Shown in pieces: positions 1 through 8,877 of a stretch of 54,940 nucleotides of DNA. The stretch covers positions 1-54,940 of the forward strand of contig JAYZAL010000086.1 of NCBI GenBank assembly GCA_036339735.1. The letters run 5' to 3'. Position 1 is the first letter of the stretch. The number at the start of each line of letters is the position of its first letter. The position numbers were made by a program, and so were the translations under genes. The DNA comes from Candidatus Poribacteria bacterium (GTDB lineage Bacteria; Poribacteria; WGA-4E; UBA9662). Under the pieces are notes generated by a model. That model saw nothing but the letters and a program-made list of their open reading frames with translations, was not told where the DNA came from and did no database searches.

Positions 1-29
1 GATTTTTCCTAGGTAGATTGTGAAATGAA

Positions 30-467
30 ATGAAGCGATATGTAGATTTTACCTGCCTTTGGGAAAAAGTCCCCAACGGCTTACTATATGATTGGCTCAA
101 GTTTTCTGAGGAAAATAGCCAGCGATTGAAGAAATTATTAGCCAAGTGTCCGTCTGAACGGCCTGTGGATGAATGGCGTTTTTTGTCGCAAGAGGCCAGC
201 CGAAAGCTCTGGCCCATGTGGACAGATATAAACTGGAACGGTAGTGCCCAAAGCGAAAGGGATTGTTTTATGAACGATCTAGCAGAAAAAGGGAAAAATG
301 AAAACGAAATTGAACGCTTAGTAATTAAGGCAGAAAATTTGATCCTAAATGATCCTCTACCATATATCAATGTTCATTTAGGTGGAGTAGAGATGGCCAC
401 CAATACGCCATCAACTTACGGCCGACCCAATTACTTCGTTTGGTCAGAATTTTCTTTCAAAAACTAA
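30..467 (+). CDS. hypothetical protein (145 aa)
   Basis: ORF with protein-like composition and no recognisable motif. Its 3' end overlaps the convergent PhyH gene by 11 nt. Confidence 0.6.
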   Translation: MKRYVDFTCLWEKVPNGLLYDWLKFSEENSQRLKKLLAKCPSERPVDEWRFLSQEASRKLWPMWTDINWNGSAQSERDCFMNDLAEKGKNENEIERLVIKAENLILNDPLPYINVHLGGVEMATNTPSTYGRPNYFVWSEFSFKN

Positions 468-1245
468 GGAACTCTCCGGGGACACGAGTACCAGCATAAG
501 ATGCTTCTGGATCGCGATTCCTGATTATTTCCGATATTTCACCATCCCAATACTCTGGCACTGTTTCAGGTCGATTATGCCATAATAAGAGTAAATTTCG
601 GCGCTGGTCAGTCTGATTCTTTCGAGCTGCGTGTAAAACACGAGCGTCTCCCAAAACTAAATCACCTGCTCTAGTTTTCACATCTACCTGATCAGGGTGA
701 TTACTAAACATTATTGGGTGGCTTTCCTCAATAAATCTTGCCCCTTGCTCGTGGGCTGTCACCAACTGGTCATGTAAAGTAATGCGTTTAGTATGTGTGC
801 CCGGAATAACTTTCAGGCATCCGTTGTCAATATCTGTGTCTTCAAGGTAGTAAGAAAGAAAAATAGTCTGTGGCCAAGGTGTGCAACTAAGAGGATCGTT
901 CCACCTCATCCAATCTTGATGCCAGTAGAGTGCTGGAGCATACGGTTCCTTTGTCAGAACTAAGAGCCCTCCACCGGGTGTGAAATCCCCAAAACCCATT
1001 TGCTCGAGGGCTTGGCGTGCCGGTTCCCATTCGGCTAAGCGTTGCATGATTTCGTTATCTTTATAACCAATACCAAGATGTGTGCCTTGGTATTTGGTAT
1101 CTGGATGGTGTGGCATTGTATCGTTTAGACGGTCCGATTCCTGCTGAAGTTGTTGCAAAAAATCTAGACTCAAAATGTCCGGGATAACGCAATACCCATC
1201 CCGTAACATCTGTTCACGTAGTGCTACCGCTGTTTCTGGGGTCAA
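457..1245 (-). CDS. phytanoyl-CoA dioxygenase (PhyH) family Fe(II)/2-oxoglutarate dioxygenase
   Basis: DGY-type N-terminus, WHQD (HxD), NGCLKVIPGTH, distal LHAA and Arg. TTG start with an AGGAG RBS upstream. Confidence 0.9.
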   Translation of the reverse strand: MTPETAVALREQMLRDGYCVIPDILSLDFLQQLQQESDRLNDTMPHHPDTKYQGTHLGIGYKDNEIMQRLAEWEPARQALEQMGFGDFTPGGGLLVLTKEPYAPALYWHQDWMRWNDPLSCTPWPQTIFLSYYLEDTDIDNGCLKVIPGTHTKRITLHDQLVTAHEQGARFIEESHPIMFSNHPDQVDVKTRAGDLVLGDARVLHAARKNQTDQRRNLLLLWHNRPETVPEYWDGEISEIIRNRDPEASYAGTRVPGEFLSF

Positions 1246-1281
1246 CTGAGTCTCCTAAAGAAATTTCAATCGTTTATAACC

Positions 1282-1290
1282 ATTATATCA
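1282..1290 (-). promoter_or_regulatory. extended -10 promoter element (TGATATAAT) for the PhyH gene
   Basis: Minus strand reads TGA-TATAAT about 37 nt upstream of the start codon. Confidence 0.55.
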
Positions 1291-1322
1291 CCACAGTTCC
1301 TATTACCCAAATAAAATACTAT

Positions 1323-1604
1323 CTATCCACATAAGTTATTTACCCGGTTAGTTATAGATCGACGCTGACGTTTGTTGTTCCAAATAGTTTCAGCCCTCCA
1401 CCAGACAACATTTAAGCTCTCATTATTTACCAAGCCGAACATTTTACCCAAGTCGGTATAGTACTTATATCGTTTCCATTCTTTGGGGTCTGGTTTTTGA
1501 TTACTTACCGAAAGAAAGGCAAATTCATACAAATCTTGAGCTAAATATTTTTCTACTTTGGCTTTCATCTTTTTGAATAACATAGCGACCTGCTTACTTT
1601 TCAT
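1323..1604 (-). CDS. small basic hypothetical protein (93 aa)
   Basis: ATG-started ORF rich in Lys/Arg and aromatic residues. No clear RBS and no recognised family. Confidence 0.5.
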   Translation of the reverse strand: MKSKQVAMLFKKMKAKVEKYLAQDLYEFAFLSVSNQKPDPKEWKRYKYYTDLGKMFGLVNNESLNVVWWRAETIWNNKRQRRSITNRVNNLCG

Positions 1605-1719
1605 TATTTAGATGATAATACACCAAAAACACGACAAAATATGTCGCACACGAAAGAATCAAAAGCACAAAGAAGGTGTTAGTATTTCCGCCAATACCCA
1701 AAAAGTTAAGTATTAATCA

Positions 1720-1734
1720 AAAACAGATTAAACA
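1720..1734. repeat. left arm of perfect 15-bp inverted repeat (partner 2722-2736)
   Basis: aaaacagattaaaca is the exact reverse complement of tgtttaatctgtttt at 2722-2736. Confidence 0.95.
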
Positions 1735-2721
1735 GATGTGTCAAACTGAAATAAACTCCACTCGATGCGGTATAGTATTTCATTGCTTTGCTGTCAAAAG
1801 CACTATACCTGTCATTGTCGTTAGCATCTGCAATGCAATCTAATGCTTAGTATTCAGCACATTGAAAAGATGACCATTTAATGGAACAGAATGCCATTCA
1901 TCTCAGCCGAGTGATAACGGAAATGAAAATCCAATAATTTGAGCATGCCTTTGGGTGTACCAATGGTAAAAATTCAAACTTATGACTGGCGTTGACTTGA
2001 TAGCTAAGTGCACTATGATAGTGCGTAAGTATCAGTCTAAGTCTTTTCTATAAGACCATTACTAACCTTCCGAATTATAAGGCCATACTTTACCGAAAAT
2101 TGGTTGTCGATTCGCCCACCAGTATTGCTAATTAATACCGTACCTTTCAGAAAGTTACCATTACCATATTTGGGGCTTGGGCTTTAATCCGTTCTTTTGT
2201 GTAGCTGTACCTTTAACGATATTTAAGGTGCTACTAACTAACAGAAGAGATGACTAACTTTAGATGCTCCTAGCCCTATTTGTACTTGGATAGGTGAGTT
2301 ACATCACTTGATCCATCGCGGTTAGACGAATAGGCTGATCCCGTATCTCATTTCATTGATTGGTACACCATTATTAATCATAACAGCTGTATTTATTTGA
2401 TCAAATCTATAGTAAGATTAGCCATACCTTTGATTTTGTCTAAGACAACTGGATTTTCTTTATTATTTTATCTTCTTCGGATGCCTTCTATTCGACCTTT
2501 TACTCATCCGATATAACTAGAGGGCTACTTACTAACAATAAAACTAGTAAGCTCGCCAAATTTACCAGCTGATTCAATTTTTTAATGCAAATCTCTAAAT
2601 TTTAATCTCCAATTGATTTGGTGTGGGCGAGAGGTTGGTATTTAAACAGTTAAGTTAGATACTCTGAAACGGGCAGAATACTAGCCTGTCCTTGTTACAA
2701 TATTGCAGCTAAAATTTAGCG

Positions 2722-2736
2722 TGTTTAATCTGTTTT
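2722..2736. repeat. right arm of perfect 15-bp inverted repeat (partner 1720-1734)
   Basis: Direct sequence comparison. Confidence 0.95.
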
Positions 2737-2746
2737 GCTCGGAAAT

Positions 2747-4285
2747 CTATCTATTTAAAGGACGCTTAAGTTTATATTTGGACTGTCTCAATCGTCTTTT
2801 TAAGGTTAATCGATCAACCGGCTGACCAAGATTAAGACAGAAAATCCTCATGTAACCATCTCTATCAGAAGTAAAATATATTTTTTGACCGTCTGGAGAA
2901 AATTTAGGCTCTAGATTTACTCCAACACTATTGGTTAGAGGCCGCTGGTTCTGACCATCGCTATTCATAATAAACAGTTCATAGTCATTGTTACGGTTAG
3001 AAACATAGACAATTTGTAGTCCATCAGGTGAGAAAGATGGTTGATAGTCCCCGCTAACTGTATGAGTCAACTGCTGTAGCTCAGTACCATTCTGATTCAT
3101 TATGAAAATATCGTAATTGTTTGCGCGGTGGGAAACAAAAACTATTTTCTGTCCATCAGGAGAAAACGAAGGGAATCCATCATCGACTTCATTATTGGTC
3201 AACTGGTTTTTATTTTGACCATCGACGGAAACAGTAAAAATCTCTAGGTCAGGTTCCTGTTCTCGCATTCGACTTGTTTGTTCTACAGCCTCGAAGATAA
3301 TAGTTTGGCCGTCTGGAGAAAAAGAAGGAGATCTTTCTACAGCTAAGTTATTAGTTAACCGTCGTCGATTTTGTCCGTCAAGATTCATGATCGAGATTGT
3401 AGCGTTACTGGGTGTTGACCCACTCAGCTGTACGGTAAGTCTTGCTTGGCTCGATACTTTGCGTTCAGTAACAAAGGCAATTTGTTGACCATTAGGAGAA
3501 AAAACCGGCATGTATTCATTAATCTGTGGCGTTTGTGTTAGCTGAGTAATTTGCCCAGAAACTATGTCCAGTAGAAACAATTCAGCGTTCTTAAGCCGAT
3601 AAGAGGAAAAAATAATCTGCTTGCCATCAGGCGAAACAGCAGAACTGTAATCGTCAGCGTTCTCAGAACTAATTTTTGGGGCAGTAGGCAAAATTGTTCC
3701 GTCTGAAGAAAACACTTGATGTTCTTCCACGACATTGGTTGTTGGTGGGTTTTCGGTTGGTAGTCGATTGACACTAAAGGACGTTCCAGTGTACGTAGCA
3801 ATTGTTTGCCGTTGTCGCTCGTCACAATTGTCGAGAATTGATCGAAAATAGCCGGCGGCTATTGGTTGGCGGTTATTCTGCCAATGAAGTTGACCCAACT
3901 GGAACTGAATCTCGGTTTCCTGATTAGTAGAAAAGGTTTCGGGCTTGTCCTCCCTTACTAACTCTAGAGCTAATTCAAGATGGTGGATAGAGTCATTGGG
4001 CTGAACTAAATACTCGTAAGCTTGAGCAAGCATCAGATGGGCCTGAAGTAGAACTTCTGGTTGCTTAATGGTATTAATGGAAGCAGATAAATGATCGATA
4101 GCAAGCTGATATTGCTCTGACTGGATCAATGTTTTGCCAGTTCGTATCGCTAATCGTTCAGATGACTTTTCTTGGTAACGGCACTGAATAAAAACAAAAC
4201 TAGCGAAAAAGGATATTAACAGTAGGAAGAACCCGACTGAATCAATCGATTTTGGTCTAATCATGAATTGATTAGGGGTGTTCAC
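2747..4285 (-). CDS. TPR + TolB-like PD40 beta-propeller protein
   Basis: N-terminal hydrophobic segment, TPR-like helices, then repeated PSFSPDGxxIxFxS (PD40) units. Confidence 0.85.
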   Translation of the reverse strand: MNTPNQFMIRPKSIDSVGFFLLLISFFASFVFIQCRYQEKSSERLAIRTGKTLIQSEQYQLAIDHLSASINTIKQPEVLLQAHLMLAQAYEYLVQPNDSIHHLELALELVREDKPETFSTNQETEIQFQLGQLHWQNNRQPIAAGYFRSILDNCDERQRQTIATYTGTSFSVNRLPTENPPTTNVVEEHQVFSSDGTILPTAPKISSENADDYSSAVSPDGKQIIFSSYRLKNAELFLLDIVSGQITQLTQTPQINEYMPVFSPNGQQIAFVTERKVSSQARLTVQLSGSTPSNATISIMNLDGQNRRRLTNNLAVERSPSFSPDGQTIIFEAVEQTSRMREQEPDLEIFTVSVDGQNKNQLTNNEVDDGFPSFSPDGQKIVFVSHRANNYDIFIMNQNGTELQQLTHTVSGDYQPSFSPDGLQIVYVSNRNNDYELFIMNSDGQNQRPLTNSVGVNLEPKFSPDGQKIYFTSDRDGYMRIFCLNLGQPVDRLTLKRRLRQSKYKLKRPLNR

Positions 4286-5996
4286 CTTCGGTAATTATTG
4301 TTTTTTTATTGATGGGTATATGTTTGTAACGATGAACCTGACCATTAGGCCAAGTTACTTCAACCCAATTGACGCTGGTATCGTCCCCTAGGCCAAACGA
4401 GGCAGTCAAGCTGTTAAAAGACAGATAACTAGATCCTGCCTGAATTTCTTTCAATTGCAAACGTCCGTCAGAACCAGATTGGACTCTAACTTTGGCTCCA
4501 ATTGCACTTCGATTGGAAGAAGTACCAATTAGTTTTATCTGCAACCAATTGTGTCGATTTCCGATCTCATTACGCATTAAAAAAGGACGACCATCGTTAT
4601 TACAAACAAGTATATCAATATCACCATCATTGTCGTAGTCGCCAAAGCCTGCGCCACGACCTACCTGCAACGGCAGTTGCGGCAAATTATGACTGATTTC
4701 ATTAAAAAGACGATTGCCGACATTTTCGAATAGTTGATCTTGTTGAGCAATTAAAATCTCGGGCCGACTTAGCTCCTGAAATGTACTACCGTTAGCAACA
4801 AAAATATCGAGATCACCATCATTATCAAAGTCAAACAAGTCTGTTCCCCAACCAATGTATTTAACGCTTTCTTCTGCTAAGGAAGCACCATAAGATTCAT
4901 CTACCAATCGAATCAGGATTTTAGAATTATTTGTCTCCGACTCAATCAGAGAACCATCATCTTTGACAAGGTTATTATAAAGAGCGTTTTCCTCATCAAT
5001 CCAATGACTAATGAACAGATCGAGGTCATTATCGTTATCGTAGTCACCCGTGGCCAACCCCATGGAACCACGAAAGTCTGCAGCCCATGATTCTTTGCTA
5101 ACATCAACAAAAGTACCGTCTCCGTTGTTTTGATAAAGAAAGTTTGCTGAAGTGTCGTTAGCAATATAAAGGTCTGGGTCATTATCTAGGTCAAAATCGG
5201 TAAAGATAGCTTGTAAGCTACGACCCCCTTTGGCATACACTCCTAGTTCAGATGTAACATCAAGGAAAGTACCGTCACCGTTATTCCGATACATAACGTT
5301 ATTCTGAGGCTCAAAAACATGAGGATTTAAAGCGCTTGGAATTGGCTGACCAGCTCGTTTTGAATCCTTCTGCATTTGGTCAAGTGATTGTAAATCATAG
5401 ACCACATAGTTCGGGACATATAGGTCTAAAAAACCGTCTTGGTCATAATCCCCAAAAGCGGCACCTGTCCCCCATCGATCATCGCCGACACCAGCTTGTT
5501 TTGTAACGTCAGTGAAGGTGCCATCTCCATTGTTTCGATAAAGCACATTAGGCCCATAGTTAGTCACGTACAGATCGGTATCACCATCATTGTCATAATC
5601 GCCACCTACACAACCAATACCAAAACCCTGATGGCCGACACCAGCTTGTATCGTAACATCAGTGAAAGTGCCATCCCCGTTGTTTCGATACATAACGTTT
5701 CCGGGCGAATCAGAGGTAATCTCGTTTTGAAGGGGGCCAGGCAAATTGACCAAATAAAAATCTAGGTCGTGGTCATTGTCATAATCAATCAAGGCTACAC
5801 CTGATCCCATGTCTTCAACTAACAAAGATGATCGGACACCTTGAGAGTAAGTGAAGTCTATGCCCGACGTAATTCCGACCTCCCGAAACAAAACAGGCTG
5901 AGACCAGACCATCGGCGACAAGGACATAATCGCACATAGGAACCCTACAGCCAATTTTCTTAGTGAAAAACCAGATTTCATCAGTTTAATGAACAC
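4272..5996 (-). CDS. CRTAC1-family protein (FG-GAP/VCBS repeats + ASPIC/UnbV C-terminal domain)
   Basis: Repeated DYDNDGDxD and YRNNGDGTFTDVT motifs; C-terminal SNRSAIGAKV...GSSYLS...FGLG...VTWPNG; signal peptide. Confidence 0.9.
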   Translation of the reverse strand: MFIKLMKSGFSLRKLAVGFLCAIMSLSPMVWSQPVLFREVGITSGIDFTYSQGVRSSLLVEDMGSGVALIDYDNDHDLDFYLVNLPGPLQNEITSDSPGNVMYRNNGDGTFTDVTIQAGVGHQGFGIGCVGGDYDNDGDTDLYVTNYGPNVLYRNNGDGTFTDVTKQAGVGDDRWGTGAAFGDYDQDGFLDLYVPNYVVYDLQSLDQMQKDSKRAGQPIPSALNPHVFEPQNNVMYRNNGDGTFLDVTSELGVYAKGGRSLQAIFTDFDLDNDPDLYIANDTSANFLYQNNGDGTFVDVSKESWAADFRGSMGLATGDYDNDNDLDLFISHWIDEENALYNNLVKDDGSLIESETNNSKILIRLVDESYGASLAEESVKYIGWGTDLFDFDNDGDLDIFVANGSTFQELSRPEILIAQQDQLFENVGNRLFNEISHNLPQLPLQVGRGAGFGDYDNDGDIDILVCNNDGRPFLMRNEIGNRHNWLQIKLIGTSSNRSAIGAKVRVQSGSDGRLQLKEIQAGSSYLSFNSLTASFGLGDDTSVNWVEVTWPNGQVHRYKHIPINKKTIITEGEHP

Positions 5997-6024
5997 GAGA
6001 AAATAGAAGAGGATTTCGTTCTGT

Positions 6025-6618
6025 TTAAGCTGGAGGATCTTTTGGGTTTCTATAAGCCGGCTTGGCTAGTTTGGGTATCTGTTTGCCAAAACGCTCGTTG
6101 GTGAAGTCAATGGCACGAATCAGCCACTTACCCTTTTGATTCTGAAATGCAGCAATTAAATCACCATTTTGATTTCCCCACTTGTATTTACCATAAACGA
6201 TTGCATTTCTAGCGCGGGAGTCAATTTCCAAGCGGGAGACTTGGACTGACATTTCACCAGCATGTAACTTAAAAATACCAACCCATCCGTTTTTGACGGC
6301 TTTCCACCCTTCGTTTTTCTCAAATGCCCCCGCCCAAAAAGTCCAAGCGGTAAAAACTTCTTTATCTTCACTTTTGACCCAATGCACCATAATATCATCT
6401 AATTCTTTTTCGCTGATTGCCTCATTTTGGTTAGCTAGGACTTCATTAATGGATTGGTCTTCAGCGGCAAAGTCTATTTCAACTGAGGCTACAGTCGGTT
6501 CATCTTGTGCAGGAGTAGTTAACTTTGGCTTAGTTACTGGGTCTTCACTGTTCCCACAGGCAACTAACAAACCGACAAAAATCAGAAAGAATCCAACAAG
6601 ACGATTTCTCTTTTCCAT
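6025..6618 (-). CDS. lipoprotein with NTF2/SnoaL-like domain
   Basis: Lipobox LVAC; a helix + G-W-x-x-x-K segment + beta strands ending KWLI, typical of the NTF2-like fold; AGGAG RBS. Confidence 0.65.
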   Translation of the reverse strand: MEKRNRLVGFFLIFVGLLVACGNSEDPVTKPKLTTPAQDEPTVASVEIDFAAEDQSINEVLANQNEAISEKELDDIMVHWVKSEDKEVFTAWTFWAGAFEKNEGWKAVKNGWVGIFKLHAGEMSVQVSRLEIDSRARNAIVYGKYKWGNQNGDLIAAFQNQKGKWLIRAIDFTNERFGKQIPKLAKPAYRNPKDPPA

Positions 6619-6802
6619 TTAAGCTCCTTGTATCAAGGTACAAACAAAGGGTTGGCTCACAAATCGACATCGCACAAATACATTGACATGCGCCAAACTT
6701 ATTTATGGGTTACTAACATATTATGCGCGAAGATATTCAAATCGACAAGAAAATTATTCCTGAGTCAATAATCTACTTTTACATTCTCCATCGAATTGCG
6801 GG

Positions 6803-6830
6803 TTGCATATCTATTGAACTGTGATAGAAT
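6803..6830 (+). promoter_or_regulatory. sigma70-type promoter TTGCAT-N16-TAGAAT with extended TG
   Basis: ttgcat 6803-6808 and tga-tagaat 6822-6830, upstream of the long + strand gene run. Confidence 0.55.
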
Positions 6831-6862
6831 AAATGGAAATTGGTTTTTGAATTACCGAAACT

Positions 6863-8092
6863 GTGCCAATATCGAAATACCATTCTCATATACCATTTGG
6901 TCTGCTCTTCCTGTTAGTGTTTACATGGAGTTGCCAGCCACCGTCAGAACAGCACCTGATCAACTTAGACATTGAAAATGGGCTACCTATAGTCCGGCAG
7001 CATCTTCCCATCCGTATTCCATTAGACCAATTGAAATCTGTCAGTCCTGATTTCACATTTTCAGCCTTTGCTTTGGCTATGGGCGATCCAACTGATCGAC
7101 AAAATCCACCTAAACGCATTCCTTATCAAGCTGATGATCTTAATTACGATGGTGAAAAGGATGAACTAGTTTTCTTGCTTGATTTTCAAGCGAATCAAGC
7201 CCAGACTGCTGTTATTCAATATGCCCCTGGTCAAGCGCCGAAAGAAGACGGCGACCCTATTGCTATTGAACTTATTTTTCAACGTAAATCACAAGCTGGA
7301 ATCTTTCCGAGTTTAGCTGTTCCAGCCGCTTTAGAGTCAAATCTAAGTTTGTTTTTATTACAAACAAACGGTGCTATATCCGCTTTTGCCAAAGATGAAA
7401 ACAGCTTACATTTACAACAAGTCGCTGACAGCAAGACCATTTCAGAATTGGATGGGTTAATCCAAGTCGGTGATAGTCAAGAACTAGATCAATTCGGGGT
7501 GGGTGGTTTTGCTATTTGGGATAATCAAGAGAAAAAATTCATATCGATCCACGGTGATATCGATTATGTCAGAGTTCCAGTAAATGGAGGCTTAAGATCA
7601 ACTACGGAAAGGATTTGGCCAAAATTGACAATTGATAAACAAACAAGTATTTCTGTTCAGCATCGAGCTACTGTTTATGCTGACAATGCGATACTTGAAC
7701 AGCAGGTTTTTATTGATGGCCTAGACAATCGTTTATCTGTGGTTGTAGGTTTAACAGAAGGAGAGGTAATAGAAAAAAGTTTACTAAAATGGAAAAAGAG
7801 ATCTGTATCAGCTATTGTTCTTCCTCTTTCAAATATATCATCTACAGGCGAATCGACTCTTCTATTCGGTTCAAAGGCTGAATGGAAAACATATCTTGTC
7901 CATTCAGCCAGCCAGCCTATACAGTCGATGGAAGAATTAGAAAAAATTGCCAAACTTCTAGAGGCCTCTCTTAATTCACCGCCGGGCTTGACATTATCTT
8001 TGCCGAAAAAAAATAAAAAAGAAAATAAATTACCTCCTAATTCTAAAAACAACATAGATAATTCAGAAAATGAAGAAAATAAAACAAAGTAA
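6863..8092 (+). CDS. putative lipoprotein, DUF4861-like
   Basis: Lipobox-like TWSC; IPYQADDLNYDGEKDELVF matches the N-terminal motif of DUF4861-type proteins. Confidence 0.55.
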   Translation: MPISKYHSHIPFGLLFLLVFTWSCQPPSEQHLINLDIENGLPIVRQHLPIRIPLDQLKSVSPDFTFSAFALAMGDPTDRQNPPKRIPYQADDLNYDGEKDELVFLLDFQANQAQTAVIQYAPGQAPKEDGDPIAIELIFQRKSQAGIFPSLAVPAALESNLSLFLLQTNGAISAFAKDENSLHLQQVADSKTISELDGLIQVGDSQELDQFGVGGFAIWDNQEKKFISIHGDIDYVRVPVNGGLRSTTERIWPKLTIDKQTSISVQHRATVYADNAILEQQVFIDGLDNRLSVVVGLTEGEVIEKSLLKWKKRSVSAIVLPLSNISSTGESTLLFGSKAEWKTYLVHSASQPIQSMEELEKIAKLLEASLNSPPGLTLSLPKKNKKENKLPPNSKNNIDNSENEENKTK

Positions 8093-8870
8093 GCTGAGTT
8101 CAAACGATCACGATTTTTACAATAAAAATGGCTATCTTGTTAAAAAAGGCTTGGTCACTACCGAACAGTTGAATCAAGTCAAGGTTGAAATCGAAGGACT
8201 GCATCAGCGGATGGCTAACCAAATTCCTGATGGAGTAGGTGTTTCCTGGGAAGAGTATGTACACCGAGAACCTGATAAACCAAAATATATTCGCCAACTT
8301 ATGAATAGCGAAGTTATTAGTGAGGGACTTAATGAAATTTTGAGATCTAATGAAGTTTTAGATGTAGTTGAATCTCTGATAGGACCAAACATCTCACTTT
8401 TTCACAGCAAGTTACTGATGAAAGCAGCGAAGCATGGTACAATCACACCTTGGCATCAAGACTACTCCTACTGGAGAAACCCGGATAATCAGCCCCTCAT
8501 GATTAATTGTATGTTATCGATAGATGAAGCCAATTCAGAAAACGGATGTATTCGGTTTGTTCCTGGTAGTCATAAAGGTGAGTTGTTGGCACATGATCAA
8601 GCTCAAACCTCGTTTGGGCTATTTCTTCCTGGATTTTTTGAAGCTAGAGATGATGCAGTGGTTCTGGAAACAGGACCGGGAGATTGTGTGTTCTTTGGGC
8701 CATTGATTATACATGGATCATCTGCAAATCAATCACTCAATCACCGGCGGGCAAATACGTTTGCATACAACGTAACAGAAAATGGGATGCAGCACCCCCG
8801 AGAGGTGTTAAGAACGAAATTTGATACAGTTAAAGAGCTCTCAAGGGTTGATCACGATATAACATGTTGA
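8070..8870 (+). CDS. PhyH family Fe(II)/2OG dioxygenase
   Basis: FYNKNGYL, TPWHQD, ENGCIRFVPGSH, IHGSSANQS..RRA. Confidence 0.92.
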   Translation: MKKIKQSKLSSNDHDFYNKNGYLVKKGLVTTEQLNQVKVEIEGLHQRMANQIPDGVGVSWEEYVHREPDKPKYIRQLMNSEVISEGLNEILRSNEVLDVVESLIGPNISLFHSKLLMKAAKHGTITPWHQDYSYWRNPDNQPLMINCMLSIDEANSENGCIRFVPGSHKGELLAHDQAQTSFGLFLPGFFEARDDAVVLETGPGDCVFFGPLIIHGSSANQSLNHRRANTFAYNVTENGMQHPREVLRTKFDTVKELSRVDHDITC

Positions 8871-8877
8871 ATATGAG

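Larger units (their letters stand above)
1720..2736 (+). ncRNA. candidate large (~1 kb) multi-domain structured non-coding RNA, family unassigned
   Basis: No ORF of 60 aa or more in the track. Ends pair perfectly (1720-1734 AAAACAGATTAAACA / 2722-2736 TGTTTAATCTGTTTT). An internal 11-bp long-range helix (1954-1964 / 2359-2369) and more than 12 nested helices with + strand G-U pairs. Confidence 0.6.

Noticed and set aside
1987-2000. TGGCGTTGACTTGA as a sigma-54 -24/-12 site
   Set aside because: It lacks the conserved GC at -12 and overlaps a predicted RNA stem.
1720-2736. tmRNA, RNase P, group I/II intron, retron msr-msd or HEARO/omegaRNA identity for the structured region
   Set aside because: No tRNA-like ends, GAGGAAAGUCC, intron core motifs, or adjacent reverse transcriptase/IscB/TnpB gene are visible. 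Only an Rfam search can fully exclude known families.
2880-3650. Repeated ccatcaggagaaaa / ccgtctggagaaaa motifs
   Set aside because: Codons of the PD40 (FSPDG) repeats in the TolB-like protein.
5105-5700. Recurring ~30-nt near-repeats (e.g. cagtgaaggtgccatctccattgtttcgata / cagtgaaagtgccatccccgttgtttcgata)
   Set aside because: They encode the YRNNGDGTFTDVT FG-GAP repeats with synonymous variation, so they are not CRISPR or DNA-level repeats.
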